DNA of 32,000 bases from NCBI RefSeq assembly GCF_002075285.3, contig NZ_CP021983.2, positions 120,001 through 152,000 of the forward strand, given 5' to 3'. Below, piece by piece: positions 8,430 to 17,600 of this stretch. The first letter of the stretch is position 1; each line of letters starts with the position of its first letter. The DNA comes from Halomicronema hongdechloris C2206 (GTDB lineage: Bacteria > Cyanobacteriota > Cyanobacteriia > Phormidesmidales > Phormidesmidaceae). The position numbers and the translations under genes are program-made. The notes under the pieces were generated by a model, which searched no databases, was not told the origin of the DNA, and saw nothing but the letters and a program-made list of their open reading frames with translations.

Positions 8430-9871
8430 TAGATCGCCATGGCAGGGCGTTGGTGGCTCCAAGGGTGCTGGGCCTCCAGTTGGGCGGCCAAGGCCACTAG
8501 GGTGGCCTCGTCGGCAGGACGCCCCACCAGTTGCACGCCTAAGGGCAAGCCCTGGGCTGTGAAGCCAGTGGGAACAGCGATGGCCGGTTGACCGCTGGCG
8601 TTGAAGGGAGGACAGGGAGCGATCCAGTGGATGATATTCTCTAGAATCTGTCGGGGTCGCTGGTGTCGCCATTCCCCAATGCGAATGGCCGGATGCATGT
8701 AGGTCGGCAACAACACCACATCATAGGGCTGGCAAAAGGCGACGATCTCTCGCGAGCGATTTGTCGGGAGCTTCGAAACCGCCCGCAGATAGGGACCGGT
8801 GCGCTGCCAGAAGGCCCGCCAAAACAACCAGCGATTCATCCGCTCCAATACCAGCCAGGGCACAGCGGCTTCCACCAGCACACCCTGCCAGACGGTCACG
8901 AAGGGATCAATCAATTGCCCCAGATCCGGAAAGGTAATGGCTTCTACGATATGCCCCAGCTCAGCCAAGCGATGGGCCGTCTCTTGCACTGCTGCCTGGC
9001 AATCGACGTCGGCCTCTCCCAGGGGAGGGAAGGCGGTAGCGAAGCCAATTCGTAAGGAATCCAAAAGTGGTTGCTGCGTCATGGTCAGGAAACTGGGCTC
9101 TGGGGCCGGTAACCAGTAGGGATCGCCGACGACATAGCCACTGAGAACGTCTAAGAGGGCGGCGGCATCGGCAACGGTACGCCCCAGGGGACCATTGATG
9201 GCTAAGCCCTCTAGGCGCTCCCCGGCCGGGGCAAAACTGATGCGCCCCCGCGAGGCTTTCAGGCCCACCAAGCCACAGCAAAAAGCGGGGCCGCGAATGG
9301 AGCCCCCGCCATCAGAGCCCTGGGCAATGGCACAGAGCCCTGCCGCCAAGGCCGCGGCCGCCCCACCACTGGAGCCGCCAGGGGTGTGCTCTAATCGCCA
9401 GGGGTTACGGGCCGGGGGAAACCCGGGGGGCTCAGTGTAGGGTAAAGACCCCAGCTGCGAGGTGGCCGTTTTACCGAGAAGAATGCAGCCAGCCTGGCGC
9501 AGCTGGGTGACCACATAGTCATCTTGGGCAGGCACCAGATTGCGCGCAGCCTTGATGCCATAGGCACAGGGAACCCCAGCAACCGGATTGAGATCCTTCA
9601 CCGACACCGGCACCCCAAAGAAGGGGGGGAATTCTGAGGGATGGCCAGCTAGTTGCTCCGTTTTCGCTTTGGCATCGGCGAGGGCCATCTCTGCCATCAC
9701 AGTCACATAGGCCCCCAACTGTGGGTTCAGGTGCTCGATGCGCTCTAGATATAGCTCTGTGAGCTCCAGAGGCGAGACGATTTTCTGGCGAATCAGGCGG
9801 GCCTGTTCTAGGGCAGGGGTGAAGGCAAGGTCGGTCGGATTCATACCAGAGCGGGAATCATGTGTCCCCAT
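8429..9871 (-). CDS. Amidase-signature family amidase
   Basis: Track ORF of 480 aa. Amidase-signature blocks include VSVKDLNPVAGVPCAYG, GGSSGGAAAALAAGL and GSDGGGSIRGPAFCCGLVGLKASRGRIS. An alternative, more typical start is MNPTDLAFTPALEQ at 9844. Confidence 0.85.
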   Translation of the reverse strand: MGTHDSRSGMNPTDLAFTPALEQARLIRQKIVSPLELTELYLERIEHLNPQLGAYVTVMAEMALADAKAKTEQLAGHPSEFPPFFGVPVSVKDLNPVAGVPCAYGIKAARNLVPAQDDYVVTQLRQAGCILLGKTATSQLGSLPYTEPPGFPPARNPWRLEHTPGGSSGGAAAALAAGLCAIAQGSDGGGSIRGPAFCCGLVGLKASRGRISFAPAGERLEGLAINGPLGRTVADAAALLDVLSGYVVGDPYWLPAPEPSFLTMTQQPLLDSLRIGFATAFPPLGEADVDCQAAVQETAHRLAELGHIVEAITFPDLGQLIDPFVTVWQGVLVEAAVPWLVLERMNRWLFWRAFWQRTGPYLRAVSKLPTNRSREIVAFCQPYDVVLLPTYMHPAIRIGEWRHQRPRQILENIIHWIAPCPPFNASGQPAIAVPTGFTAQGLPLGVQLVGRPADEATLVALAAQLEAQHPWSHQRPAMAI

Positions 9872-10050
9872 TGTGCCCCGTTTTAGCCGGGAATGGATTT
9901 GGCTTGGCCTGCCGCCATGGAGCGAGTGAGCCTGCTACTAGTCCCCCGTGGCAGAAGTCAGCCGACTATTTGGTTCCCTTGCTTCTCTGCCCCCTGAGCC
10001 CTTGTGTGGCAATCCATGGTGGGGGCGAACTGGCGCTGCCGTCTACTAGG

Positions 10051-10434
10051 TTACTGTTGGGAGCTCTTGAAGGAGCACTCCACGGTGATGCGTAGGTTAC
10101 TTTCGGCTCTGCCCTGGGTGACATAGGGAATCCCCGCTTCTCCACCGACGGAGACGCCAAACTCCAGCGTGACCCGTTCTACCTCTGCGATGGCCAGCTC
10201 TCTGAAGGCATTGAGGGTATAGCGGGTATAGGTGCGAATGGTCCCTTCTATGGCCTGAAAGCTCTGAGTAATCCGTTGACTGGCTTGATGACTGGGAAGA
10301 CCGAGGCCCTTGGCTGTCCGGGTCGTTTCGCCGGCGGTGGCGGGGCCATCTGGAGTTGGCGTCGCAATATCCTCAGTCGCTTCAATATAGATCTGGGTTC
10401 CATCTTCTAATTGGATGGGAATCAGTTGAGCCAT
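10051..10434 (-). CDS. Small trypco2-like (CU044_2847-like) protein, paralogue of 14244..14600
   Basis: The track ORF extends to 10500. The internal ATG at 10434 (MAQLIPIQLEDGTQIYIEATEDI) aligns with the paralogue start and is preceded by GGAGGG 7 nt upstream. The C-terminal block VTLEFGVSVGGEAGIPYVTQGRAESNLRITVECSF is about 55 percent identical overall to the 14244..14600 product. Family assignment is from memory. Confidence 0.6.
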   Translation of the reverse strand: MAQLIPIQLEDGTQIYIEATEDIATPTPDGPATAGETTRTAKGLGLPSHQASQRITQSFQAIEGTIRTYTRYTLNAFRELAIAEVERVTLEFGVSVGGEAGIPYVTQGRAESNLRITVECSFKSSQQ

Positions 10435-10666
10435 GGTGCACCCTCCAGTGGGTAAAACAATTAACTCTCTCAGGATGCCTGGTTTGGGCACGGAAGTCAC
10501 AGACCCCTCGCCTCCGATCCCACTCTCTTATCCTCCGACTTCCCCAGGCCATTACTCTCTCACTCAGCCACTCCCTATTTCTAAGATCAACGACTTTCTC
10601 TGGTCCAAAGGGGCAGTTTTTTTCTATAACTTAGGAGGTAGCTCCCGCCGTGCCTAGGACCCCACG

Positions 10667-11134
10667 ATGGCAGAACAGTATGCTTCGGAAGACGCTCAGC
10701 AGATTCTGCACCTTGCGATCGCACGTCAGACCGAGGGTGGCGAACTGACACGCACGCAACTGCTGGAAATTGCTAGTGAGCTAGGCATTGCCCCAGAAAC
10801 CCTGGCGGCAGCTGAGCAAGAGTGGGAGCAACGCAAGAGCGAGTTTGAAGAATTAAAACTCTTCGAAGAGCATCGACGCCAGCGATTTCAATCCCACCTG
10901 GTGCGATACGTCATCGTTAACTTGTTCCTCCTAGCCCTGAATTTCCTGACTACTGGGGGCTTTAGCTTTGCGCTCTTCGTGATCCTGGCCTGGGGATTGG
11001 GGCTATCCCTCCATGCCTGGCACACCTACCAGCCCAACAAACACCGCTATTACGACGAATTCGAGAAATGGCGACGGCGGCGGCAGCTACGCCAGTCCTT
11101 CACCCGTATGATCGATCGACTCCTGGGCACCTAG
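10667..11134 (+). CDS. 2TM-domain membrane protein with N-terminal helical region
   Basis: Track ORF of 155 aa. HLVRYVIVNLFLLALNFL...FALFVILAWGLGLSLHAWHTY forms two adjacent helices of the 2TM type, followed by a basic tail. Confidence 0.6.
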   Translation: MAEQYASEDAQQILHLAIARQTEGGELTRTQLLEIASELGIAPETLAAAEQEWEQRKSEFEELKLFEEHRRQRFQSHLVRYVIVNLFLLALNFLTTGGFSFALFVILAWGLGLSLHAWHTYQPNKHRYYDEFEKWRRRRQLRQSFTRMIDRLLGT

Positions 11135-11239
11135 GGGGAGTCGGTCACTAAGGTTTTCAGAACCAGCGTGAACGCTCCTGCAAGATCCCTATAAGCCTTG
11201 AGATTGAGACTCTTTAAGACTGCCTTTGCAAATTAACTC

Positions 11240-11920
11240 TCAGGCATGGATCTGGTGACAAGCAGCCCTAGCAGTTGCCTGGGCCGAGTCACATTGGTTG
11301 ACTAGGCAAGGCTGCCCATAGACCTCTTCGTCTTCCAAAGAGGGAGGCAATTGCCCAAAGACCATCTTGCAGCTATAGTCCTCAAAGTTAGGAGTCAGGG
11401 TCAGGGGAATGGCAAAGTCGCGGCTGAAAAACTCCTGGGTGGGGAGCTTGCACAGATTAATACAGGTGCCGACACAGCGACTCTGCGCCAGGTAGCGGCA
11501 CTTTTGAATTTGTACCCCACTACGCTGATGATGAACCTGACCATCGGCGTCGGTAATCTCTACCTCAGTGACCTCGCAAGGGCCCACCAGCCACTGAAAT
11601 AATCGAGCCGCAAACCAGGCATTTAGTTCACAAACCAGCTGGGTGGGAGAACACAACCGACGAACTAGCCAGAGCACCTGAGCCGGCACCAGAGATCTGA
11701 GAACCACCGCTACTAACGCCTGTTGCTCCGCAGCATTGCGCCCCGCCATGATGTGCCGAGATAACTCCACAAACCCGTCATAGCCCGGCCGAGTCCTACG
11801 TTGGCCCACAGCCCGGGCCATCTTACGACTGAACAGCCAGATGAAGGCCCGATCGATGGGGCCATCATGGTAGACCGTCTCAGGGGGCTGGGATTCAGAT
11901 GCCGCTGGGGGGCCTGTCAT
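11240..11920 (-). CDS. DUF4033 / beta-carotene isomerase D27-like protein
   Basis: Track ORF of 226 aa. CRYLAQSRCVGTCINLCKLPTQEFFSRDFAIPLTLTPNFEDYSCKMVFGQLPP closely follows the conserved D27 Cys-rich core (CKYLE.SGCVGMC.NMCK.PTQ.FF...PL.M.PNFEDMSC.M.FGQ.PP). Confidence 0.7.
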   Translation of the reverse strand: MTGPPAASESQPPETVYHDGPIDRAFIWLFSRKMARAVGQRRTRPGYDGFVELSRHIMAGRNAAEQQALVAVVLRSLVPAQVLWLVRRLCSPTQLVCELNAWFAARLFQWLVGPCEVTEVEITDADGQVHHQRSGVQIQKCRYLAQSRCVGTCINLCKLPTQEFFSRDFAIPLTLTPNFEDYSCKMVFGQLPPSLEDEEVYGQPCLVNQCDSAQATARAACHQIHA

Positions 11921-11994
11921 GGATTCTGTCCTTGAGGCTACCTATCCAGGGTACTGGTTAGGGAGTGGGGCCGGGGCATTCGATCGCCGTCCTC

Positions 11995-12113
11995 AGAGGA
12001 CATTTGGAAACTCGGCTGAAAGGCCTGTAAGGTAGGCATTTTAGAGTGTATGACCCTGCTGGCCAGAAACCAGTCTGGAGATAAGGTTGCAGGGTACTTT
12101 CCAAGCATCCTCT
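11995..12113 (+). mobile_element. MITE-like element, copy A (119 nt, 16-nt imperfect terminal inverted repeats)
   Basis: Left end is AGAGGACATTTGGAAA (11995-12010). Right end is TTTCCAAGCATCCTCT (12098-12113), giving 13/16 complementarity. The whole element is about 84 percent identical (about 100 of 119 by hand alignment) to the reverse complement of 30754..30871. Confidence 0.7.
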
Positions 12114-12125
12114 CAAACTGATGCC

Positions 12126-12173
12126 GCCGTCTCCTAAAGCCGTCTCCTAAATAGGACCGCAATAGGACCGCTA
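12126..12173. repeat. Two adjacent short tandem duplications (GCCGTCTCCTAAA x2, then TAGGACCGCWA x2)
   Basis: Direct reading: 12126-12138 equals 12139-12151, and 12152-12162 nearly equals 12163-12173. They lie between MITE copy A and the ABC-F start. Confidence 0.9.
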
Positions 12174-12204
12174 GACTAGGTAATCGGACCCGTCTGCGAT
12201 CGCA

Positions 12205-14152
12205 ATGGCCATCTTCACCCTAACCTCTGTCAAAAAGGACTTCGGCATCAAGGAAATCCCTACGGGATGCCAGCTTCAGCCTGGAGGAAGGCGACAAGGT
12301 GGGGCTGATTGGCACCAATGGCTCCGGCAAATCAACGCTGCTGAAAATGATTGCCGGCCTAGAGCCCATCGATGGCGGTGAGCTCTGGACTAACTCTGGG
12401 GCCAAGGTGGTCTATCTGCCCCAGCAGCCCACCATGGACGATGACCATACAGTGCTGCAGCAGGTGTTTGCCGGTGCCGGCGAGCGCATGGCCCTAATTC
12501 GAGAATACGAAGCCATTTCCCACCGCATGGCCCGCGGCCAGGACAACCTGGATAGCTTGCTGGGAAAACTATCCCGACTGACGGAGCAGATTGAGGCCGC
12601 CAACGCCTGGGATTTAGAGACCCAGGCCAAGGTGATTCTGAGCCGCCTGGGTATCGAAGATTTGGATAAGCGAGTCGGCGAGCTGTCTGGGGGGTATCGC
12701 AAGCGCATCGCCATCGCCGCTGCCCTCTTGGCCGATCCCGACGCCCTACTGATGGACGAGCCGACCAACCACCTGGATGCGGCCTCGGTGGAATGGTTGC
12801 AGACCTATCTGGATGGCTTTAGGGGAGCCCTGTTGCTGATCACCCACGATCGCTATTTTCTCGATCGGGTCACCAATCGCATCCTGGAAGTGGACCGGGG
12901 CGACCTCTACAGCTATGACGGCAACTACAGCTATTATCTGGAAAAAAAGGCGGAGATGGAAGCTGCCGCCGCAGGAGCTCAGCGCAAACACGCCAATTTG
13001 CTGCGGCGGGAGTTGGCCTGGCTGCAGCGTGGCCCCAAGGCCCGCAGCACCAAGCAAAAGGCCCGCATCCAACGCATCGAAGGGTGGCAGGAGCAGGAAT
13101 TCAAAGAGACCCTGGGAACAGTCGATATTGCCACCGCTGGCCGCCGCATCGGCAAGAAGGTAATCGAGTTAGAGGAAGTCACCAAGGGCTATCACGGCCA
13201 GCCCCTGATTGAGAATTTCACCTACACCTTTGAACCAAATGACCGGATTGGCATTATCGGCCCCAATGGCGTCGGTAAGTCGACCCTCATGGACGTGATC
13301 ACAGGCCGGACAGCCCCCGATGCTGGTCGGATCGACATCGGCAGCACCATCCACTTTGGCTATTTCGACCAGCACTCTGACGACCTGATGACCAACCCGA
13401 ATCAGCGGGTGATCGAGTATCTCAAGGAAACGGCAGAGCTAGTGCGCACCGCTGACGGCAGCGTGATTACGGCTTCCCAGATGCTAGAGCGGTTTCTGTT
13501 TCCGCCCAATCAACAGTATGCCCCCATCCACAAGCTCTCAGGCGGGGAGCGGCGACGCTTGTTTCTGTTGCAGGTGCTGATGCAGGCCCCTAATGTCTTG
13601 ATCCTGGACGAACCCACCAATGACCTGGATGTGCAGACCCTGGGGGTCTTAGAGGACTATCTGGACAGTTTCAATGGCTGTGTGATCGTGGTGTCCCACG
13701 ATCGGTACTTTCTAGATCGCACCGTCAACACCATCTTTGCCTTCGAAGGCCAGGGACGCATCCGCCAATATCCCGGCAATTACTCGATCTATCTAGACCT
13801 ATACCAGGCTCAGTCGGGCTCTGACTCTTCCAGTCAAACGCCATCAGCTGAGACGACGGCGCAGCAGGCTGATCCACAGCCCGCGCAGCAGACCTCGAAG
13901 TCCAACAGAGCCTCCCCAGCCCCGTCTCGGCCTAAGCCATTGTCTTACAAAGAGAAGCGAGAATATGAGCACCTAGAAGCCCAGATTCCCGAGTTAGAAG
14001 CCGAGAAAACCGCCATCGAAAAAGCCCTCTACGGCAATCCTCCCAGTGACTACACCGAGGTGACCACCCTGTCGGAACGGCTGTCAGAACTGACCCAGGC
14101 CATTGATGATGCCACGGAGCGCTGGTTGGAGCTGGCAGAACGGGCCGACTAG
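12205..14152 (+). CDS. ABC-F family ATPase (Uup-like, two ABC cassettes plus C-terminal coiled coil); 1-nt frameshift near 12258-12260
   Basis: Track ORF 12299..14152 begins inside Walker A (GLIGTNGSGKSTLLK). The ATG at 12205 encodes MAIFTLTSVKKDFGIKEI and then shifts. Removing one C from the CCC at 12258-12260 restores ...ILRDASFSLEEGDKVGLIGTNGSGKS. The second cassette has GIIGPNGVGKSTL, signatures LSGGYRKR and LSGGERRR, and an acidic/coiled C-terminus. Confidence 0.85.
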
Positions 14153-14243
14153 AATATCGAACTAAAGTGAACCCTTGGATTCGGACAGTTGATCTTTGTC
14201 TACATTTCTACGCACCTTGAAAGGGCTGGGCTTTTTTTCATGG

Positions 14244-14600
14244 CTAAGAGTTTTCGGGAAAGGAGCACTCCACAGTGATCTTCAAATTTGATTCTGCCGT
14301 GCCCTTGGTGACGTAGGGGACACCGGCCTCGCCGCCGATCTTGATGCCAAACTCCAGGATGACCTTATCCACATTCGCCCCGGCCATGGAGCGGAAGGCG
14401 TTGAGGGTGTAGCAGGTATAGGCGCAGATGGTGCCTTGCATCGCCTGGAAGCCGCGCAGCACCTGATCGCTAGCGCCTTTGCTGGTGCGGGTGGGACCTT
14501 CGGGAGAGCCGACCGGCTGAATTGGGGCGGCGACGTCGTCGGTGGCTTCGACGTAGATCACCGTGTTGTCATCGAGGGTGAGGGGGACAAGCTGGGTCAT
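14244..14600 (-). CDS. Small trypco2-like (CU044_2847-like) protein, divergent partner of the caspase-STAND gene
   Basis: Track ORF of 118 aa: MTQLVPLTLDDNTVIYVEATDDV...YTCYTLNAFRSMAGANVDKVILEFGIKIGGEAGVPYVTKGTAESNLKITVECSF. It is a paralogue of 10051..10434 and lies 79 nt from the divergent 14680 start. Confidence 0.65.
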   Translation of the reverse strand: MTQLVPLTLDDNTVIYVEATDDVAAPIQPVGSPEGPTRTSKGASDQVLRGFQAMQGTICAYTCYTLNAFRSMAGANVDKVILEFGIKIGGEAGVPYVTKGTAESNLKITVECSFPENS

Positions 14601-14634
14601 GGTGAATTTTTCCGAAAAGTAGGGACTTGCCCTG

Positions 14635-14647
14635 TAGTCTATGACTA
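14635..14647. promoter_or_regulatory. Conserved inverted repeat TAGTC-TAT-GACTA in the shared 79-nt divergent control region
   Basis: The identical 13-mer, within the conserved context CCTGTAGTCTATGACTAA, recurs at 18171-18183 upstream of the second paralogue. It sits 45 and 39 nt before the respective ATGs. Confidence 0.3.
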
Positions 14648-14679
14648 AGCTGAATCCCTAGAGGCCTTAGGTATCCGCG

Positions 14680-17600
14680 ATGAGTCGCAACGCTCTGATC
14701 GTCGGCATCAACCCCTACCACCACCTCACCCCCCTCAAAGCCCCCGCCACCGACGCCGAGGCGATCGCCCAGCGGCTAGAAGGCGAGGGGGAGTTTCGGG
14801 TGAAGCGGCTGCCGGAAGTGGTGCCTGACGGAAAGCCGACGGTATCTCAACAGGCAGTGGTGACTCTGGCGGAGCTGAAGAAAGCCTTGGTGGAGCTGTT
14901 CAACCCTGGCGGCAACCAGTACCCCGATACGGCGCTGCTGTATTTCTCGGGCCATGGTCTGCGGGATCAATCCGGCATTGTGGAGGGCTACCTGGCCAGC
15001 AGCGACGCCGACCCAGAACGGGAGTTTTTTGGCCTCTCCCTCACCTGGCTGCGGCGCCTGCTGGAGGAAAGCCCGGTGCGTCAGCAGATTATTTGGCTGG
15101 ACTGCTGCCACAGCGGGGCATTGCTGGATTTTGCCGAGGCTGATCCGGGGGACCGGGGCGGGGGGCGCGATCGCAACTTCATTGCCGCTTCCCGCAACTT
15201 TGAGTTGGCTTATGAAGACCTGGGCAGCGACCACAGTGTGTTGACCCGCGCCCTGCTGGAGGGGCTTGATCCAGGGCGGCTGGGCGATCGCTGGGTGACG
15301 AACCTGTCCCTGACCGACTTCATCACCGAAACCCTGAAGCGAGAACTCCAGACCCCCATCTGCAACAACTCGGGGGAGCCGATCAACCTCACCCGCCGCT
15401 GGCAGGCCACCGCTGAAACTACGGCAACCGTCGAAGACACGGGCATCTGTCCCTACAAGGGCCTGTCCTACTTCGACTGGAACAGCGACGACCCCAACTA
15501 TTTCTATGGTCGCCAGACCCTGACCGACGAACTGCTCGACCATGTGCGCACCGATAATTTCCTGGCCATCACCGGGGCCTCCGGCAGCGGCAAGTCTTCC
15601 GTGCTGCGGGCCGGGCTGCTGCACCAGCTGCAGCAGGGGCGGCGCATCTTCGGCAGCGATCGCTGGGAGATTCGGCTGTTTCTCCCTGGCGACAACCCCT
15701 GCCAGAACCTCGCCGCCGCCTTCATCGACGAGGGCATTACCCACATCGAGCGGGCCGAGCAGCAGGGCAAAGCCGAAGCCCTGATTAAAGAAGGAGCGGA
15801 TGGTCTGCGCCGCCTGGTGCAAACTACCACCGCTCCCCGCGTGGTGCTGGTGGTGGATCAGTTCGAGGAGGTGTTTACCCTCTGCCAGGACGCCGCCGAG
15901 CGAACCCAGTTCTTCGCCACCCTGCTGGGGGCCTTGGAACACTGCGGTGACAAGCTCTGCCTGATTCCGGCCATGCGGGCCGACTTCGTCGGGCGCTGCT
16001 TCGAGCAGGACTACAGCGGCCTGGCCCAGCAGGTACAGGACCATCTGGTGGCTGTAAAGCCCATGAGCCGGGAGGAGCTGACCCAGGCGATCGAGAAACC
16101 AGCCCAGCGGGTGGGACTGGCGATCGAACCGGAGCTGGTCACTACCCTGCTCAACGACGTGGAAACCTCCCCCGGTGGCCTGCCGCTGATGCAGTACACC
16201 CTGAGAGAACTGTGGAATCGCCGCCAGGAGAATACTCTAGAGCTGAAAACCTACACCCAGCTCGCGGCGTCACCCGGCACCCTGAAGCAGCGAGCCGATG
16301 AGGTGTATGAGGGCTTCAGCTCCGATAAGCAGGCCACCGGCCCGCCATATTTTCTTGAACCTGACCCAGCTGGGCGAAGGCACCGAAGACACCCGCCGGC
16401 GTGTGGCCAAGAGCAGTTTGGTGACGGAAAGCATCCAGAACCGCTGATTGACGAAGTGGTGAAATGCCTGGCCGATGCGAATTTGGTGGTGACGAGTGAG
16501 CTGGTGGGGAAGGGGGGTAGGGAACAGGGAGGAGGGAATAGGGAACGGGTAGCGATCGTGGATGTGGCCCATGAAGCGCTGATTCGGAACTGGCCCAGGT
16601 TGAGGCGGTGGCTAGAGGGAGACCGCGATCTGCTTATGCAGCAGCGGAAGATTGAGCTGGCAGCGGATGAGTGGACGACCCAGAACCAGCGCAATACCTA
16701 CCTGCTAGAAGGGCACATGCTCTCCGACGCGCTGGCATTTTGCAAAAAACACGGTCAGGAGCTGCCGATTTCCAACCAGGCGGAAGTGTTGCTCAACCGC
16801 AGCCTGAGACAGCGACGAGTAAACTGGCTGAAGCTAAGCAGCGTGCTGATTTTGCCTTTGACCCTAGCCTATTTCATTCTTGAACCCACGATACGCCGAG
16901 GTCGTATTCAAGAAGCCAGAGCCCAGATTCGCCAAAAAGGGCCTGGTACTCGTGAAGCTGTGGAATACGTCGTTAGAGGCTGTCCAATGCATAAGAAGCT
17001 AGGGAATAGCCTAATCCCTGCATCTGTTGTTTCAACCATCTTTGGTGATTGCATCAACCTCTACAGTTACGATCTGAGCAGCGCTGACTTGAGCACCGCT
17101 AACCTCAGCGGTGCCGACCTCAGCGGTGCTGACCTCAGCAGCGCTAACCTCAGCAGCGCTAACCTCAGCAGCGCTAACCTCAGCGGTGCCGACCTCAGCA
17201 ACGCCAATCTCAGCAACGCTAATCTTTACTCTAGTGACCTAAACGAAGCAGGCCTCTACTCTGCCAATCTCAGCGAAGCAGACCTTAGTGGAGCTGATTT
17301 CAATAGCGCTAACCTGAGCTCCGCAGACCTTCACAACGCTGAACTCTACGCTGCGGTCCTCAAAAACGCTAGCCTACACGACGCTAAACTGAATGACGCT
17401 AACCTCAGCTATGCCAATCTCCATAGTGTCGATCTCCGCAATGCTGATTTAAGTAACGCTAGACTCCACTCTGCTGACCTTCGCTTTGCTTTTCTCAGAT
17501 CTGCTGACCTTAGCAATAGCAACCTCCGCTCTGCCGACCTCCGCCAAGCTTACTTTCACTATGCCAACTTCGACTCTGCCTTTCTCCGTTCCGCCAACTT

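Noticed and set aside
10458-10474. Recurrent word AATTAACTCT (10459-10468, 11231-11240, 23063-23072) as a possible regulatory motif.
   Set aside because: There are only three 10-13-nt matches, and they lie in non-equivalent positions: upstream of a gene, at a stop codon, and upstream of another gene on the other strand. This could be chance or a fragment of a dispersed repeat. The evidence is insufficient.
11938-12162. 74-aa minus-strand ORF between the D27-like and ABC-F genes.
   Set aside because: It overlaps the MITE-like element and the short tandem duplications, has no motifs, and is probably created by the repeat.
14205-14243. T7 run (GGGCTGGGCTTTTTTT) after the ABC-F stop as an intrinsic terminator.
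   Set aside because: I could not find a convincing GC-rich stem immediately preceding the T-tract.
14776-16044. 422-aa ORF on the minus strand, antisense to the first caspase-STAND gene. Similar antisense ORFs occur at 19067..19792, 18819..19163 and 19563..19889.
   Set aside because: The peptides are low-complexity (Gly/Ala/Pro/Gln-rich) with no recognisable motifs. The sense strand carries clear caspase and P-loop motifs. Long antisense ORFs are expected in GC-rich coding DNA.
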